A DNA stretch of 64,000 nucleotides from Puniceicoccales bacterium (GCA_031266345.1 JAISBD010000004.1:10103-74102); one strand, 5' to 3'; positions 30,133-40,467 are shown, counted from the stretch's first letter. Made by a program: numbers and translations. Notes: generated by a model from the letters alone, not told the origin.

Positions 30133-30162
30133 TTGACACCCCATCTATTGACACCCCATCTA
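30133..30162 (+). repeat. Perfect 15-bp tandem duplication TTGACACCCCATCTA x2
   Basis: Read directly from the sequence. Confidence 0.9.
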
Positions 30163-30333
30163 TTTCTTCATCTCCTCTACAATTATTCGCCCTTCAGGCT
30201 GATTTGGCTCAGGTTGATTTAGCATAGAATTTCCCCTATCCTAGCTAGGACTATCTTTTCCCACGCACAATCCCCTGACCTTGACAAAATTTCTGCTTTT
30301 TTTATTTTGAGATCTTCCCTGCGAAGAAAAAGT

Positions 30334-30879
30334 ATGCCCGTGCTCGATGTAAGTTTTTATTCCCGCGATACATTGGTTGTTGCACGGGAATTGTTGGGGC
30401 AGGTTCTTTGCCGGTCGACGGGTACCGCTACGCTCAGGGGGCGCGTCGTTGAAACTGAGGGCTATACCCCCGATGACCCTGCTTCCCATTCATTCCGTGG
30501 ACGCACAGGGCGAACGGAGGCGATGTTCCAACGGCCGGGAACCGCTTACATTTATTTCATTTATGGGATGTACCACTGCCTAAATATCGTTACTGAAAGG
30601 GAAAATTTCGGTAGCGCCGTTCTAATTCGTGCTTTGGAGGGGTTAGGCGGCCTTAGCGAGGCGAATGGGCCGGGGAAGCTGTGCCGCGCGATGGGCATAG
30701 GCATGGAGCACAATGGCTGCGATGTGACTTGCGAAAGTGGAAAAATTTGGGTGGAACGGGATGCGCCAATTTCCGCTGAAGATGTAGTTCAAACTACCCG
30801 CATTGGCATTAGGCGGGCGGCAAATTATCCCCGGCGTTTTTATATACGTGGAAATAAGTCCGTTTCCAAGTTTAATTGA
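30334..30879 (+). CDS. mpg: 3-methyladenine DNA glycosylase (MPG/AAG family)
   Basis: VARELLG, VETEGY, DPASH, YFIYGMYHCLN, GPGKLC, RIGI. Confidence 0.95.
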   Translation: MPVLDVSFYSRDTLVVARELLGQVLCRSTGTATLRGRVVETEGYTPDDPASHSFRGRTGRTEAMFQRPGTAYIYFIYGMYHCLNIVTERENFGSAVLIRALEGLGGLSEANGPGKLCRAMGIGMEHNGCDVTCESGKIWVERDAPISAEDVVQTTRIGIRRAANYPRRFYIRGNKSVSKFN

Positions 30880-31111
30880 GCAAGAAAAGTTTGATAATTC
30901 GGGAGCATCGCCAATGCCCCACCGCTGGGCCTTCTGCGGAGGCGAAAAAGGGCTGGAAGAGTATAAGAGGAAGATCAGCGTATTTTTCCCTGCAAAAAAA
31001 CACGTTGAGCTTCGCCAAATTAGGCCTTTTCACGGGCAAAGTTTTTCCAAAAAAGTTTCCTTTTCTCCATACCTTTGCCCATTTTTTTACTTTCCCAAAA
31101 GGCTTATATTT

Positions 31112-32575
31112 TCACATCCCAGATTCCATGTGGGTAATGAATTCGTTGGCTAGCCGATTCGGCCAATCGCCAATGGGGCGCAATCTTCCCAGGAAAAAGC
31201 GAAGGGTATCCGGTTCTTCATCGAATTCTAGCCCGCCGATTAGGTCCCTATTCCCATGCAACCACCCAATTCTATCGGCTACGAATTTCATGTGCGAAAG
31301 TGTGAAGACCCTCTTCGGGACCGCCAGACGCACCAATTCCATGGCAGAGAGATGTTCGGACCCATCCTGGTTTCGCTGCTCGGAAAGTGTGCCCCTTTCC
31401 ATGCCGCGTATGCCGCCAATTAGGTAGATTGCCGCTGCCAAGGCACCGGCTGGATATTGTTCCTGGGGGATATGGCTCACGAAACGGGACGCATCAATGT
31501 GGCATCCGAGACCGCCAAATGGTCGCACAAGGGGTATGGATTTTTCCGAAAGTAGTTCTCCGAGCGCGTTGACGAACAGCGGAGTTTGACTTATGACATG
31601 CATATCCAGGGTTTCCCCTATGCCAACCGCCATGGCTTCCATTTCACGCACTGACATCCCCCCGTACGTTAGAAATCCCTCGTAGAGCGGAATAAGCGGC
31701 CGCATCCTATTAAAATATTCATCGCTCGACGTCACTATGCCGCCTCCGCGTGCACACCCAAGTTTCCTGCCCGAGAAATAAATTATGTCCATGAGCGATG
31801 CCATTTTTCTCACAATGTCGACCAGCGGCCAATTGGCATAGTCCGCTTCCCGAGTCTTTATAAAGAACAGATTATCGGCGAGCAGGCTGGCGTCAAAGAT
31901 CAGTGGAATTCCACGTTCTCTGCAAAAATTCGAGACCTCGACCATGTTCGACAGTGACACCGGCTGTCCACCTATTAGGTTTGTTCCTGCTTCGATGCGT
32001 ACAAATGCGACGTTGCCAATGCCAACTTCCTTCACCGCAGCTTCCAGCTTATCCATGTCAAAATTTCCCTTGAAAAGGCAATTGCTTTCGACCCTAAGAG
32101 CTTCATCGCACGCCACTTCAATGACAGATCCCCCAAGTCGCACGATGTGAGCCTTTGTGGTCGTGAAATGGTAATTCATGATGGTAAAGCTTCCCGGCCG
32201 CACAAAGGTGTTTGCTATTATATTTTCGCAGGCACGACCCTGATGCGCCGGAAGAAAGTATTTAGTTCCAAAGACCTCACCGAGTACCGCGCTGAGGCGA
32301 AAAAATGTTTCCGATCCGGCGTAGCTATCATCCGCCATCATCATGGCTGCATACTGCATTTCGCTCATGGCATTCACTCCGCTATCGGTCAACATGTCTA
32401 GGAAAACTTCCCTATTTGCCAGTAAAAATGTATTATAACCGGCCCCATTGATGGCCTTCAACCGCTCACCAATTGGCAACAGATTGATGCGTTGGACCAT
32501 GCGAGCCCTGTGCATTTCCAGCGGAACTTCCTCCCCTGAGAAAAATTTTATTTTTGTATGTCTATTATCGTCCAT
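31112..32575 (-). CDS. tnaA: Tryptophanase/tyrosine phenol-lyase family PLP beta-eliminating lyase
   Basis: DMLTDSG, D.SYAGS, HQGRACE, GGQPVS, YFSGRK (PLP Lys), YEGF.TYGG, LRFF; GGAGG SD 5 nt upstream of ATG 32575. Substrate not certain. Confidence 0.85.
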   Translation of the reverse strand: MDDNRHTKIKFFSGEEVPLEMHRARMVQRINLLPIGERLKAINGAGYNTFLLANREVFLDMLTDSGVNAMSEMQYAAMMMADDSYAGSETFFRLSAVLGEVFGTKYFLPAHQGRACENIIANTFVRPGSFTIMNYHFTTTKAHIVRLGGSVIEVACDEALRVESNCLFKGNFDMDKLEAAVKEVGIGNVAFVRIEAGTNLIGGQPVSLSNMVEVSNFCRERGIPLIFDASLLADNLFFIKTREADYANWPLVDIVRKMASLMDIIYFSGRKLGCARGGGIVTSSDEYFNRMRPLIPLYEGFLTYGGMSVREMEAMAVGIGETLDMHVISQTPLFVNALGELLSEKSIPLVRPFGGLGCHIDASRFVSHIPQEQYPAGALAAAIYLIGGIRGMERGTLSEQRNQDGSEHLSAMELVRLAVPKRVFTLSHMKFVADRIGWLHGNRDLIGGLEFDEEPDTLRFFLGRLRPIGDWPNRLANEFITHMESGM

Positions 32576-33058
32576 AATAACCTCCATTCGTTTTTATTAG
32601 TTCATAGAACTGTGCGAATTCATCGCACAATCGGACGGATTCGTGGTAGCAGAGATTTTCACTCCAAGTGCATAAAACATCGACATTCGGTGCTAGTAGC
32701 GGTGACTCATCGCAGCCTAACAGCCATGGGGCATGGAAGCGGTGAATCTTCAAGCTAATCGCAGCGAAAGGTGTGAACCGCAGAGGTGGAATCCCAAAGA
32801 AACCAAAAAAATCTGCAGCTTTCGGTGCCAACAGCTTCAGTATCGGTTCCCATAATGGGGAACTGATCCGAGATTGGCCCACTGTGACGCATACACCGGT
32901 ACGCAATCTTTTTCCTCGGCATTTGAGGACAATCTAATTATCCAATCGAACAGGTGCATGGAGGTACAATGCACAGAGTAGTGACTTTGTCAAGCTTTTA
33001 TGTATTTTTATGCAAAAAATATGTTGATCCAACTTTTTACCTTCACGGGAGGCTATAA

Positions 33059-33856
33059 CTAGTCCAAATGAACAAACCGGGAAATTTTTATGGCACGCTT
33101 TGTGGCACGGTCAAAATCGACGATGCAGCCCTTCAGGCGCAAATCTTCGTCGGCAATGACCAGCTTGCAGCGGGCTCCGTTGACGAAACTTTCCAAAACG
33201 GCGGATATGTCGCGACCAATCACGGACCTATGTGCACCACACATGCCCAAATCCGTGATATAAGCCGTTCCGTGGGGCAAAATGCACTCATCTGCAGTTT
33301 GCACGTGGGTATGGGTGCCAACGATCAACCCAGCTTTCCCATCCCCATACCATCCGCAGGCAATTTTTTCGGAAGTCGCCTCCGCGTGAACTTCGAGGAT
33401 GAAAATATCAACCGAAGGGCCATATTTAGCTAGCATTTCGTCAAATTTTTTAAAGGGACAGGAAGCCCGCAGTTTCATGAAATGCTTACCCAAAACAACG
33501 CATACCCCAACTTTGATGCCGCTGCTTTCGCAAATAACAAAATCTGGACATCTTGGCCCATTTTCCAGGTTGCAAGGCGCGCACACATTGCCGAGGTCAC
33601 GGTTTTCATCGGCACCGGTGCAAAAATCACGGTCCAGGGCATGGTCGCCAAGGGTGAGCACGTCGATTTGCGCGGAGCGCAGTTCGCGCAGTGATTTCAA
33701 ATTTATGCCAGCCCCGGAAGTAGCATTTTCGGCATTCGCAATCACCAAATCGATGCCATTGGTTTCGCGGATGTGGGGCAGCCTCTCAAGCAAAAATTTC
33801 CTCGCAGGTCTCCCCACGATGTCACCGAGATATAAAATTTTGAAGCTTCCACGCAT
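33059..33856 (-). CDS. ymdB: YmdB/TIGR00282 metallophosphoesterase
   Basis: GDIVG, NAEN, HAEATSEK, GTHTHVQTAD, TDLGMCG. Confidence 0.93.
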   Translation of the reverse strand: MRGSFKILYLGDIVGRPARKFLLERLPHIRETNGIDLVIANAENATSGAGINLKSLRELRSAQIDVLTLGDHALDRDFCTGADENRDLGNVCAPCNLENGPRCPDFVICESSGIKVGVCVVLGKHFMKLRASCPFKKFDEMLAKYGPSVDIFILEVHAEATSEKIACGWYGDGKAGLIVGTHTHVQTADECILPHGTAYITDLGMCGAHRSVIGRDISAVLESFVNGARCKLVIADEDLRLKGCIVDFDRATKRAIKISRFVHLD

Positions 33857-33966
33857 TTCGCTAGGAAAATAAAGGTGTGAATTTTTTAATTTGTCAAGGA
33901 ATGATGCTATGTGTCGCGAAAAAAGCTTGAGTTTTTATGTAAAAATGACTAGCGAAGTATTGTTTT

Positions 33967-35016
33967 ATGAAATTTTTTTTAAAATTGATAGTGCCTTGCC
34001 TATGGGTACTGCTGGCGGTATGCCTAAGTGCCGATGTGGAACCGGATAGCGATAGCCAAGTTGCGACTAGGGATAATTCTCAGCCTCTTCATCACTTTGA
34101 AGCGCCTGCTTACACCAATGAAATAGCCGCCATTGTTAATAATCAAGTCATAACAATGGAACGGGTGCGGCTGGATGTTGCCCCAATTTTGCAGCAAATC
34201 CAATTGATATCGACCAGCGAAGAAGATTTTCACAGACGATTGCGCGCCGCAGAGTTGGAAATCTTGAATGGCATAATCAATAGGAAACTAATAGTGGAGG
34301 CATTTTTTGAGCGCGGAGGAAAATTTTCGGAGGCATATGAGAAGAAAGAGTACGAAAATTATTTGAAAAACGTGTTCGCAGGCAACAGATTGGAGCTGTC
34401 GAAATTCCTAAGAGAATATGGGAAATCAGTCCGGGAATTCAAAAGGGATGTCAAGGAGCGCGCCATCGTAAGCTTCATGGCCCACGAACTCCGAGCATCG
34501 CAGATGGAAGTCAGTCCCGCAAAAATTAAGGAGTACTACGACTCCCACGTATCGGAATTTTTCCATGATAGCGAAATTGACCTGAAGCAGATAGTGATAG
34601 GCGGCGGCGGTGAGCAGCGGAACAAACTGCAGGCAATTCAAAGGGAATTGGCCGAAGGGGGAGATTTTCGTAAAATTGCGGAAAAATACAGCGGCAATGT
34701 GGGCGCCTACGACATAGGATATGTGGCTCGCAGGGACCTTAAAGCGGAGATAATTCAAGCAATTGAAACCCTTGGCGTCGGGGAACACAGCGGCGAGGTT
34801 GCGCTCGACGATAAAATTTGCATTTTTTTCATAGGGGCAGAAAAGCCTGCCAAACAGCTTAGTTTAGAGGAAGCCAGCCAAAGTATTGAGAATAAGTTGA
34901 TGCGGCAATATGAGGAGGAGGCGCGCATTCGCTGGTTGCAAAAGCTCCGGGAAAATGCCTACATAAAAATTTACATCGACGGTCAGGGGTCGGAGGCCAG
35001 CCGAAGCATTGATTAG
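33967..35016 (+). CDS. SurA/PrsA-type peptidyl-prolyl isomerase chaperone
   Basis: Signal peptide, IAAIVN..VIT, F..IA.KYS, W...LR..AYI. Confidence 0.8.
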   Translation: MKFFLKLIVPCLWVLLAVCLSADVEPDSDSQVATRDNSQPLHHFEAPAYTNEIAAIVNNQVITMERVRLDVAPILQQIQLISTSEEDFHRRLRAAELEILNGIINRKLIVEAFFERGGKFSEAYEKKEYENYLKNVFAGNRLELSKFLREYGKSVREFKRDVKERAIVSFMAHELRASQMEVSPAKIKEYYDSHVSEFFHDSEIDLKQIVIGGGGEQRNKLQAIQRELAEGGDFRKIAEKYSGNVGAYDIGYVARRDLKAEIIQAIETLGVGEHSGEVALDDKICIFFIGAEKPAKQLSLEEASQSIENKLMRQYEEEARIRWLQKLRENAYIKIYIDGQGSEASRSID

Positions 35017-35813
35017 CGGCTTCGCTTGATTTTATTGCGGCGCGGTGCGATGCCTCTTTGGGTAGGTTCAATGAAGAATTCTAAAAATTTTTTTGCCGCG
35101 GGGGAATTGAATTTACCGGACAGCAGCATGGCTTGGGCCCGTTTCCGGTACTCTCCAAGGCTGCCGTACATCGCCGCAAAGCACTCCTTTAGTTCGGCTA
35201 CGGTAGCACCATTGAAACCGGCACGGCGCAGCCCAACTAGGTTTAGGCCGATCACCCGTGAGCGGTCGGCGGCCATCGTGTAGGGGGGCAAGTCCAGCGA
35301 TGAAGCGGAATAACCCCCTAGAATGGCATATTCGCCAACGCGCACGCGCTGATGCAGGGATGCTCCGCCGCCGATGAAGCAATGGTCACCGATGTTGACA
35401 AATCCGCCAAGCAAAGCGCAATTGGCAAGGACAGCGGCGGAACCCAGGACACAATCGTGGCCAACATGTGAGCCGGCCATTAGGAGGCAGTGTGGTCCAA
35501 CGGCCGTGTTACTGCCTTCAATGGTTGCCCTGTGAACCGTAACATGTTCGCGAATAACGCTATCATGACCAATTATGACACCGGATTTCCGCGCGCAATC
35601 GAAGGATAAATCCTGCGGATCGCCCCCTATTACGGCAAAGCTGTCAACGGTGCCCCTGTCTTGAATGACGCTCCCGGAGCGCAGCACAACGTGGCTCCCG
35701 ATTTTCACACCATCGCCGACCCCTACGCCGTCTTCCAGCACCGAATATGCACCGATGGAAACATTCCCGCCGAGCCGCACGCCCTGTCCAATTATCGCAG
35801 TTTCATGTATCAT
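35013..35813 (-). CDS. lpxA: UDP-GlcNAc O-acyltransferase LpxA
   Basis: IHETAII, hexapeptide repeats, PQDL, HVGHDC, GLNLVGLRR. Confidence 0.95.
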   Translation of the reverse strand: MIHETAIIGQGVRLGGNVSIGAYSVLEDGVGVGDGVKIGSHVVLRSGSVIQDRGTVDSFAVIGGDPQDLSFDCARKSGVIIGHDSVIREHVTVHRATIEGSNTAVGPHCLLMAGSHVGHDCVLGSAAVLANCALLGGFVNIGDHCFIGGGASLHQRVRVGEYAILGGYSASSLDLPPYTMAADRSRVIGLNLVGLRRAGFNGATVAELKECFAAMYGSLGEYRKRAQAMLLSGKFNSPAAKKFLEFFIEPTQRGIAPRRNKIKRSR

Positions 35814-35841
35814 TCTGCCGCACAAGATGTAATAAAAGTGG

Positions 35842-37548
35842 TCACAGATCAAGATATTGGTAAATTTTTTCTGCCAGGGACTTGAATGCCGGCCACGCGG
35901 CGACCCGCCCCCACGCAATGCCGGACTTAACGTGGGCACCGTCGACGACAATCGTTATCACAATTCTTGGATTATTTGCCGGAAAAAATCCGCTGAAGGA
36001 TGACACGTGCTTCTCGTGCGAATACTTCCCGCCGATAATTTTTTGAGTTGTTCCGGTTTTTCCACAGTAGGTGATGCCGTGCTTCAATTTACCATGATTG
36101 GGATTATTTAGGATATTTCTGAGGTGGTCGGCCGTGGTTTTTGATAGTACGCGGCGCCTTATTTTTGGTTCAAATTTTAGCAAAATTTCCCGGCCATCGC
36201 TGACATCCCTGAACAGCTGCGGCGCTAGCAATAACCCTCCATTTGCGAGAACGGTCATCGCATAATTGGTTTGAATGGGCGTCGCGGCGATGCAATGTCC
36301 CATGGGCAAGCGCGTAATCGTCATGGCATCCCACTTGCTCGGCGGATAGAGGATTCCGGGGGATTCGCTGTCGAAATCGTAGCCGGTTTTAGCGCCGTAG
36401 CCAAACAATTTTACGCCCTCGTACATGCGCTGCTCGCCGAGCATAAGTCCCATGTGAGCAACCCCGCGATTGCTCGATTTTTGAATCACATCAACGTAGG
36501 ACAAAGTGCCGAAGGGGGTATGATCCTTGGGCAGCTTCACCGCGGTTCCGCGATTTATCACCGTTTCCTTGGAACAATCGAAGGTCGTATCGTCGCCCGC
36601 CAAACCATCCTCAAAAACCAAGCTTGAGGCAACAATTTTAAACACGGAACCGGGCTCGCAAGTATCGCTGACCGCCCGATTTCGCATGTCATCGAAGGAA
36701 TACTTTCCATAATCATTGGGATCGTAGGTGGGATAGTTACCGAGGGCCAAGAGCTCGCCCGTTAGCGCATCACTGACGATGATGGAAGCGTGTGCCGGGT
36801 GAAAAATTTCGGCGATATTTTTCAGCTCATCGGCAACCATTTGCTGAATTTTCACGTCTACCGTCAAAGTGACATCGAGGCCATCATTGGCGGGGATATT
36901 TTGCATGCGGCATTGCGCGAGTTCACGCCTCCGGCCATCCCTCTCGGATACAATGAAGCCATCCTGCCCGCGCAGGTAAAAATCCATGTACCGCTCAACG
37001 CCGCAAACCGCTTCCTCGTCCTGATTTACAAAGCCAGTAATATGGGCACAGGTGCTAGCAAAGGGATACATTCGCACCTGTTTGTGTAAGCCGTAAACAC
37101 CTTTCACCTGCAGCCGTTCAATGGCATGCAGCAGCTCAACCTCATCCACGGAGCAGATTGGTACCCACCTGCATCGCAAAATTTTCTCGCCGGAGATTAA
37201 TTTTTTTCTGGAAAACTTATCGAGCACCTCCCCTAGGGGCATATTTAAAACGTCTGCCAAAATCAAAATTTTACCCCTATCTCTCTCAATATCAGCAGCA
37301 TAAGGATCCACTCCTATTAGAATTTTCACCGTTGATGTTGCCAAAATTTCCCCGTTGCGGTCCACTATGCTACCCCGCATTGCCCGCACCTCTCCGATAA
37401 CATGTCTCGCTTTTTCGATTGCGGCCAAGTAGTGTGCCCTGCTAAAATAGGACAAATCAAGGATGCGGTAGATAAGTGCGGCAAAACATAGCGCAATGGT
37501 GAGAATCACAGCGCAAAATCTGGCAACTTTTTCAATATTCCCGTTCAA
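35842..37548 (-). CDS. ftsI: Class B penicillin-binding protein (FtsI-like)
   Basis: RG.IVDRNG, R.YP, EPGSVFK, SSN, KTGT. Confidence 0.88.
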   Translation of the reverse strand: MNGNIEKVARFCAVILTIALCFAALIYRILDLSYFSRAHYLAAIEKARHVIGEVRAMRGSIVDRNGEILATSTVKILIGVDPYAADIERDRGKILILADVLNMPLGEVLDKFSRKKLISGEKILRCRWVPICSVDEVELLHAIERLQVKGVYGLHKQVRMYPFASTCAHITGFVNQDEEAVCGVERYMDFYLRGQDGFIVSERDGRRRELAQCRMQNIPANDGLDVTLTVDVKIQQMVADELKNIAEIFHPAHASIIVSDALTGELLALGNYPTYDPNDYGKYSFDDMRNRAVSDTCEPGSVFKIVASSLVFEDGLAGDDTTFDCSKETVINRGTAVKLPKDHTPFGTLSYVDVIQKSSNRGVAHMGLMLGEQRMYEGVKLFGYGAKTGYDFDSESPGILYPPSKWDAMTITRLPMGHCIAATPIQTNYAMTVLANGGLLLAPQLFRDVSDGREILLKFEPKIRRRVLSKTTADHLRNILNNPNHGKLKHGITYCGKTGTTQKIIGGKYSHEKHVSSFSGFFPANNPRIVITIVVDGAHVKSGIAWGRVAAWPAFKSLAEKIYQYLDL

Positions 37549-37623
37549 AGCTCAAGCTACGCACATGAACTAGCTATGCCACAATGCCTTGTCAACATTT
37601 TCGCTCACTGTAAAACCTTTCAG

Positions 37624-37998
37624 AGTGAGGTAAGTGTTTGGGAATAAGCCGGATTCTGTTCAAACAAAAGTTTGCGCGCTCATTTATCTAATTCAACATT
37701 CTTCCAAGCGGAAGTGCGACGAACCCGATGCCATTGAGCTGGCTACTCGACACCCTATTACGTCTTGCACCGAATTGGGCTTGCCCTGCACGGGGCATTA
37801 CTGCCACGCCGGTGTGCTCTTACCACACCATTTCACCGTGACCTATTTCTAGGCTGAATACTTTCTGTTGCGCTATCCGTCATGCACGATATGGCATGCA
37901 TGCCCGCATTTTCATGCGGAATTCTGCCATGTGGTGTCCGGACTTTCCTCTCGCCATCTTCCATGCGAGCGAGCACGTACCCACGCACATACCTCACC
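37624..37998 (-). ncRNA. rnpB: RNase P RNA
   Basis: Minus strand carries GAGGAAAGTCCGG near the 5' end and ACAGAATCCGGCTTA near the 3' end; termini GGTGAGGTA / TACCTCACT pair as P1. Confidence 0.93.
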
Positions 37999-38004
37999 GA
38001 AATG

Positions 38005-39174
38005 CTATACTATTTTAAAGAACAAACGCTTGCCAGCTTGCACTACAATGCCATCGCTTTTTTTGTCAAGTTTTTTTTCCGCGTCGATCAATTTTTCCCC
38101 TTCCCATTTAATCCCGCCCTGGTCGATTAGGCGATGGAGCTCCCTCTTGCTGGCAAATTTTTCGGTAGAAAACAGCGCGTCGAAGATGCTTCGGCAGGAC
38201 TCTGGAACGAAAATTTCCTCCATGTCATCCGGCAGGTCATTTTTGGAAAAAACGTTTTCAAATTGCTCCAATTCGTGGGCGGCGACCTCTTCGCCAAAAA
38301 ATTTCGCTGTCAATATGCGGGCCAATTGCTTCTTACATTCCATCGGGTGTAGCAATTTGAGCTCCGCAATTTCGCTGTCCATTTTAAGCAGCAAGAACTT
38401 GTAGTATAAGTACATAGTGTCGTCTCCTATGGACATAATTTTCCCGAACATGTTTTTTGGCGAGTCGTTGAATGAGATGTAATTATTGTAACTTTTCGAC
38501 ATTTTTCGCTTACCATCCAGGCCGATCAGCAGAGGCATTGTTATCACGCATTGCTCACACTGCCCAGCTTCTTTTTGCAAGGTGCGCCCCACTAACAAGT
38601 TAAACAATTGATCACTGCCCCCTAGCTCCACATCAGCTCCCAGTTCGACGGAATCATGCCCCTGCAGTAGGGGGTAGAGGAACTCGACTATGGAAATTGG
38701 CACACCATCGGCGTAGCGCTTGCTAAAATCGTCGCGCTCGAGCATGCGAGCCACCGTCATTCTGCGCGCCAAATGCAAAGAATCCTCAAAACTCATTTTC
38801 GTGAACCATTCACTATTCCTGCGGATGGTCGTTTTGCTCGGGTCCAGTATCTTAAATGCCTGGTCGAGGTAGGTGCGCGCGTTGTGTTCTATTTGCTCCT
38901 TGGAAAGCACGGGCCTTGTTTCCGAACGGCCGCTCGGATCGCCAATAATGGTTGTGTAATCGCCAATCAGCAGGATCGCTTCGTGGCCAAGGTCCTGAAA
39001 TTGCCTGAGTTTATTGAAAACAACCATGTGGCCAAAGGTGAGGTCGGGACGGGTGGGATCAACGCCCAATTTGACTTTTAGCCGCTTCCCCGCCCGTAAT
39101 TTTTCTCCCAACTCATCGCCGCCGATTATGCTTTCAACGCCGCTGCAAATCTTTTCAAAACTCTCACTATCCAT
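38005..39174 (-). CDS. tyrS: Tyrosine--tRNA ligase
   Basis: KLGVDPT..DL..GH, YPLLQG.DS, GGSDQ, KMSKS, S4-like tail. Confidence 0.97.
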   Translation of the reverse strand: MDSESFEKICSGVESIIGGDELGEKLRAGKRLKVKLGVDPTRPDLTFGHMVVFNKLRQFQDLGHEAILLIGDYTTIIGDPSGRSETRPVLSKEQIEHNARTYLDQAFKILDPSKTTIRRNSEWFTKMSFEDSLHLARRMTVARMLERDDFSKRYADGVPISIVEFLYPLLQGHDSVELGADVELGGSDQLFNLLVGRTLQKEAGQCEQCVITMPLLIGLDGKRKMSKSYNNYISFNDSPKNMFGKIMSIGDDTMYLYYKFLLLKMDSEIAELKLLHPMECKKQLARILTAKFFGEEVAAHELEQFENVFSKNDLPDDMEEIFVPESCRSIFDALFSTEKFASKRELHRLIDQGGIKWEGEKLIDAEKKLDKKSDGIVVQAGKRLFFKIV

Positions 39175-39247
39175 CTGATTTCAACAGCTATGGGAACAAA
39201 TGCAGATTGCAAGCCTAAAAAATAATGGGCACAAATCGCTGCTACCC

Positions 39248-39619
39248 TCATATTTCCCGCGAGTCCGATTTGTCTTTTACAGCATAGCCAGAGTCTTGCC
39301 TCTTATGGTTGATACCGTTTTTTTTCTGATATGCTTGAAAAAAATCTTCCGCTGTCATCCCAAGTACTTGAGCGATAGATACTAAAAAGTGCAAAATATC
39401 AATCACTTCCACGCGGGCATTTTGCTCATCAAAATTTTGGTAGTTCGCCCACCACTTCCAAGGCACGGAATCGACGAGTTCGGAAATTTCCTGCTGCAAA
39501 GCTCGGGAGTACTTCAAAACCCATTCGACTTTTTCCCCTTCGCTTAAATTATCCAAATTTACCCCCAACCTGGCGGTTAATTTAGCCTGCATTTCAAAAA
39601 TTTTGTCCAGTTTGTCCAT
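39248..39619 (-). CDS. Dimeric (all-alpha) dUTPase family protein
   Basis: QEISEL...PWKWW, EVIDILHF, Y..KN..N..RQ..GY. Confidence 0.85.
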   Translation of the reverse strand: MDKLDKIFEMQAKLTARLGVNLDNLSEGEKVEWVLKYSRALQQEISELVDSVPWKWWANYQNFDEQNARVEVIDILHFLVSIAQVLGMTAEDFFQAYQKKNGINHKRQDSGYAVKDKSDSREI

Positions 39620-39632
39620 TTCTCAGCAAACC

Positions 39633-39860
39633 TTACCTGCGACTGTCAAACCACCCATCGCGCATCGAATTTTTTAAGCCAACGATACTTATGATCAGGT
39701 AAGCCCCAAATAGAAAGGCTTGGGAATATTCCCGAATGCGAATGTTGTGTGCCAATAAGAAAATGTTACTCCCTAGCCACAGTGCGTAACTTAACTTTAT
39801 GTACATCATGGCGTTGTACACAGAACCTATGAGTGAAACGACTACGAATATCCAGGCCAT
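39633..39860 (-). CDS. Small 3-TM membrane protein, half-PnuC-like
   Basis: Three hydrophobic segments with W...N and Q...F..Y.....G pattern. Confidence 0.55.
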   Translation of the reverse strand: MAWIFVVVSLIGSVYNAMMYIKLSYALWLGSNIFLLAHNIRIREYSQAFLFGAYLIISIVGLKNSMRDGWFDSRR

Positions 39861-39879
39861 TGGGGAATAAAAATAGAAT

Positions 39880-40137
39880 TCACGCGCCTATTTCTCTGGC
39901 CACAACGGATACTTTTCTATGGGCGCCGTCCCAATTAACAACCCCATCGATGAGGGCAAACAGGGTGAAATCGCGGCCACAACCAACGTTCAAACCGGGG
40001 TGCACTTTTGTGCCGCGCTGGCGCATCAATATGCCGCCTGCCCGCACAAACTCTCCCCCAAACTTCTTTACACCGAGACGCTTCCCGCAACTATCCCGCC
40101 CATTTTTTGCAGCTCCCTGCCCTTTTTTATGTGCCAT
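39880..40137 (-). CDS. rpmA: 50S ribosomal protein L27
   Basis: MAHKKG.G...NGRDS..KRLGVK. Confidence 0.98.
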   Translation of the reverse strand: MAHKKGQGAAKNGRDSCGKRLGVKKFGGEFVRAGGILMRQRGTKVHPGLNVGCGRDFTLFALIDGVVNWDGAHRKVSVVAREIGA

Positions 40138-40152
40138 AATACCCCTCCCTGA

Positions 40153-40467
40153 CTAAGCGGCTATCGCCTCTATTCTAATTACCGATATCTCTTGGCGATG
40201 GCCGCGCTTCCGCTGATATCCCTTCCGCCGCTTTTTCTTAAAAATCATAACTTTTTTTGCCCGCTTATTTTCGAGGATTCTTGCCTTCACACTGGCCCCC
40301 GCCACAAGTGGTGTGCCGACCACAGCGGAAACTCCCTCGCCGATGACTAGAATGTCACCTATCTCTATAATATCTCCCGCATTCGAGCCGACATAGCGAT
40401 CAACGAACAAAACATCACCCTCTGTCACAGCAAACTGTTTACCCTGCGTAGCAATAACCGCCTTCAT
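40153..40467 (-). CDS. rplU: 50S ribosomal protein L21
   Basis: [19 protein letters not shown]. Confidence 0.97.
   Translation of the reverse strand: MKAVIATQGKQFAVTEGDVLFVDRYVGSNAGDIIEIGDILVIGEGVSAVVGTPLVAGASVKARILENKRAKKVMIFKKKRRKGYQRKRGHRQEISVIRIEAIAA

Noticed and set aside
30876-31427. 183-aa plus-strand ORF after mpg
   Set aside because: More than half is antisense to the tryptophanase gene; no motifs
32640-32830. Glycine riboswitch or T-box in the tryptophanase leader
   Set aside because: Only GCACCGAA and AAATCTCT fragments; CTCTCAGG core absent, and the T-box-like GGTGGAA is on the wrong strand
37549-37566. In-frame ATG and TGA upstream of ftsI suggesting TGA recoding
   Set aside because: Conserved genes such as dnaN and udg end at TGA at the expected position, so code 11 holds; a TTG start suffices
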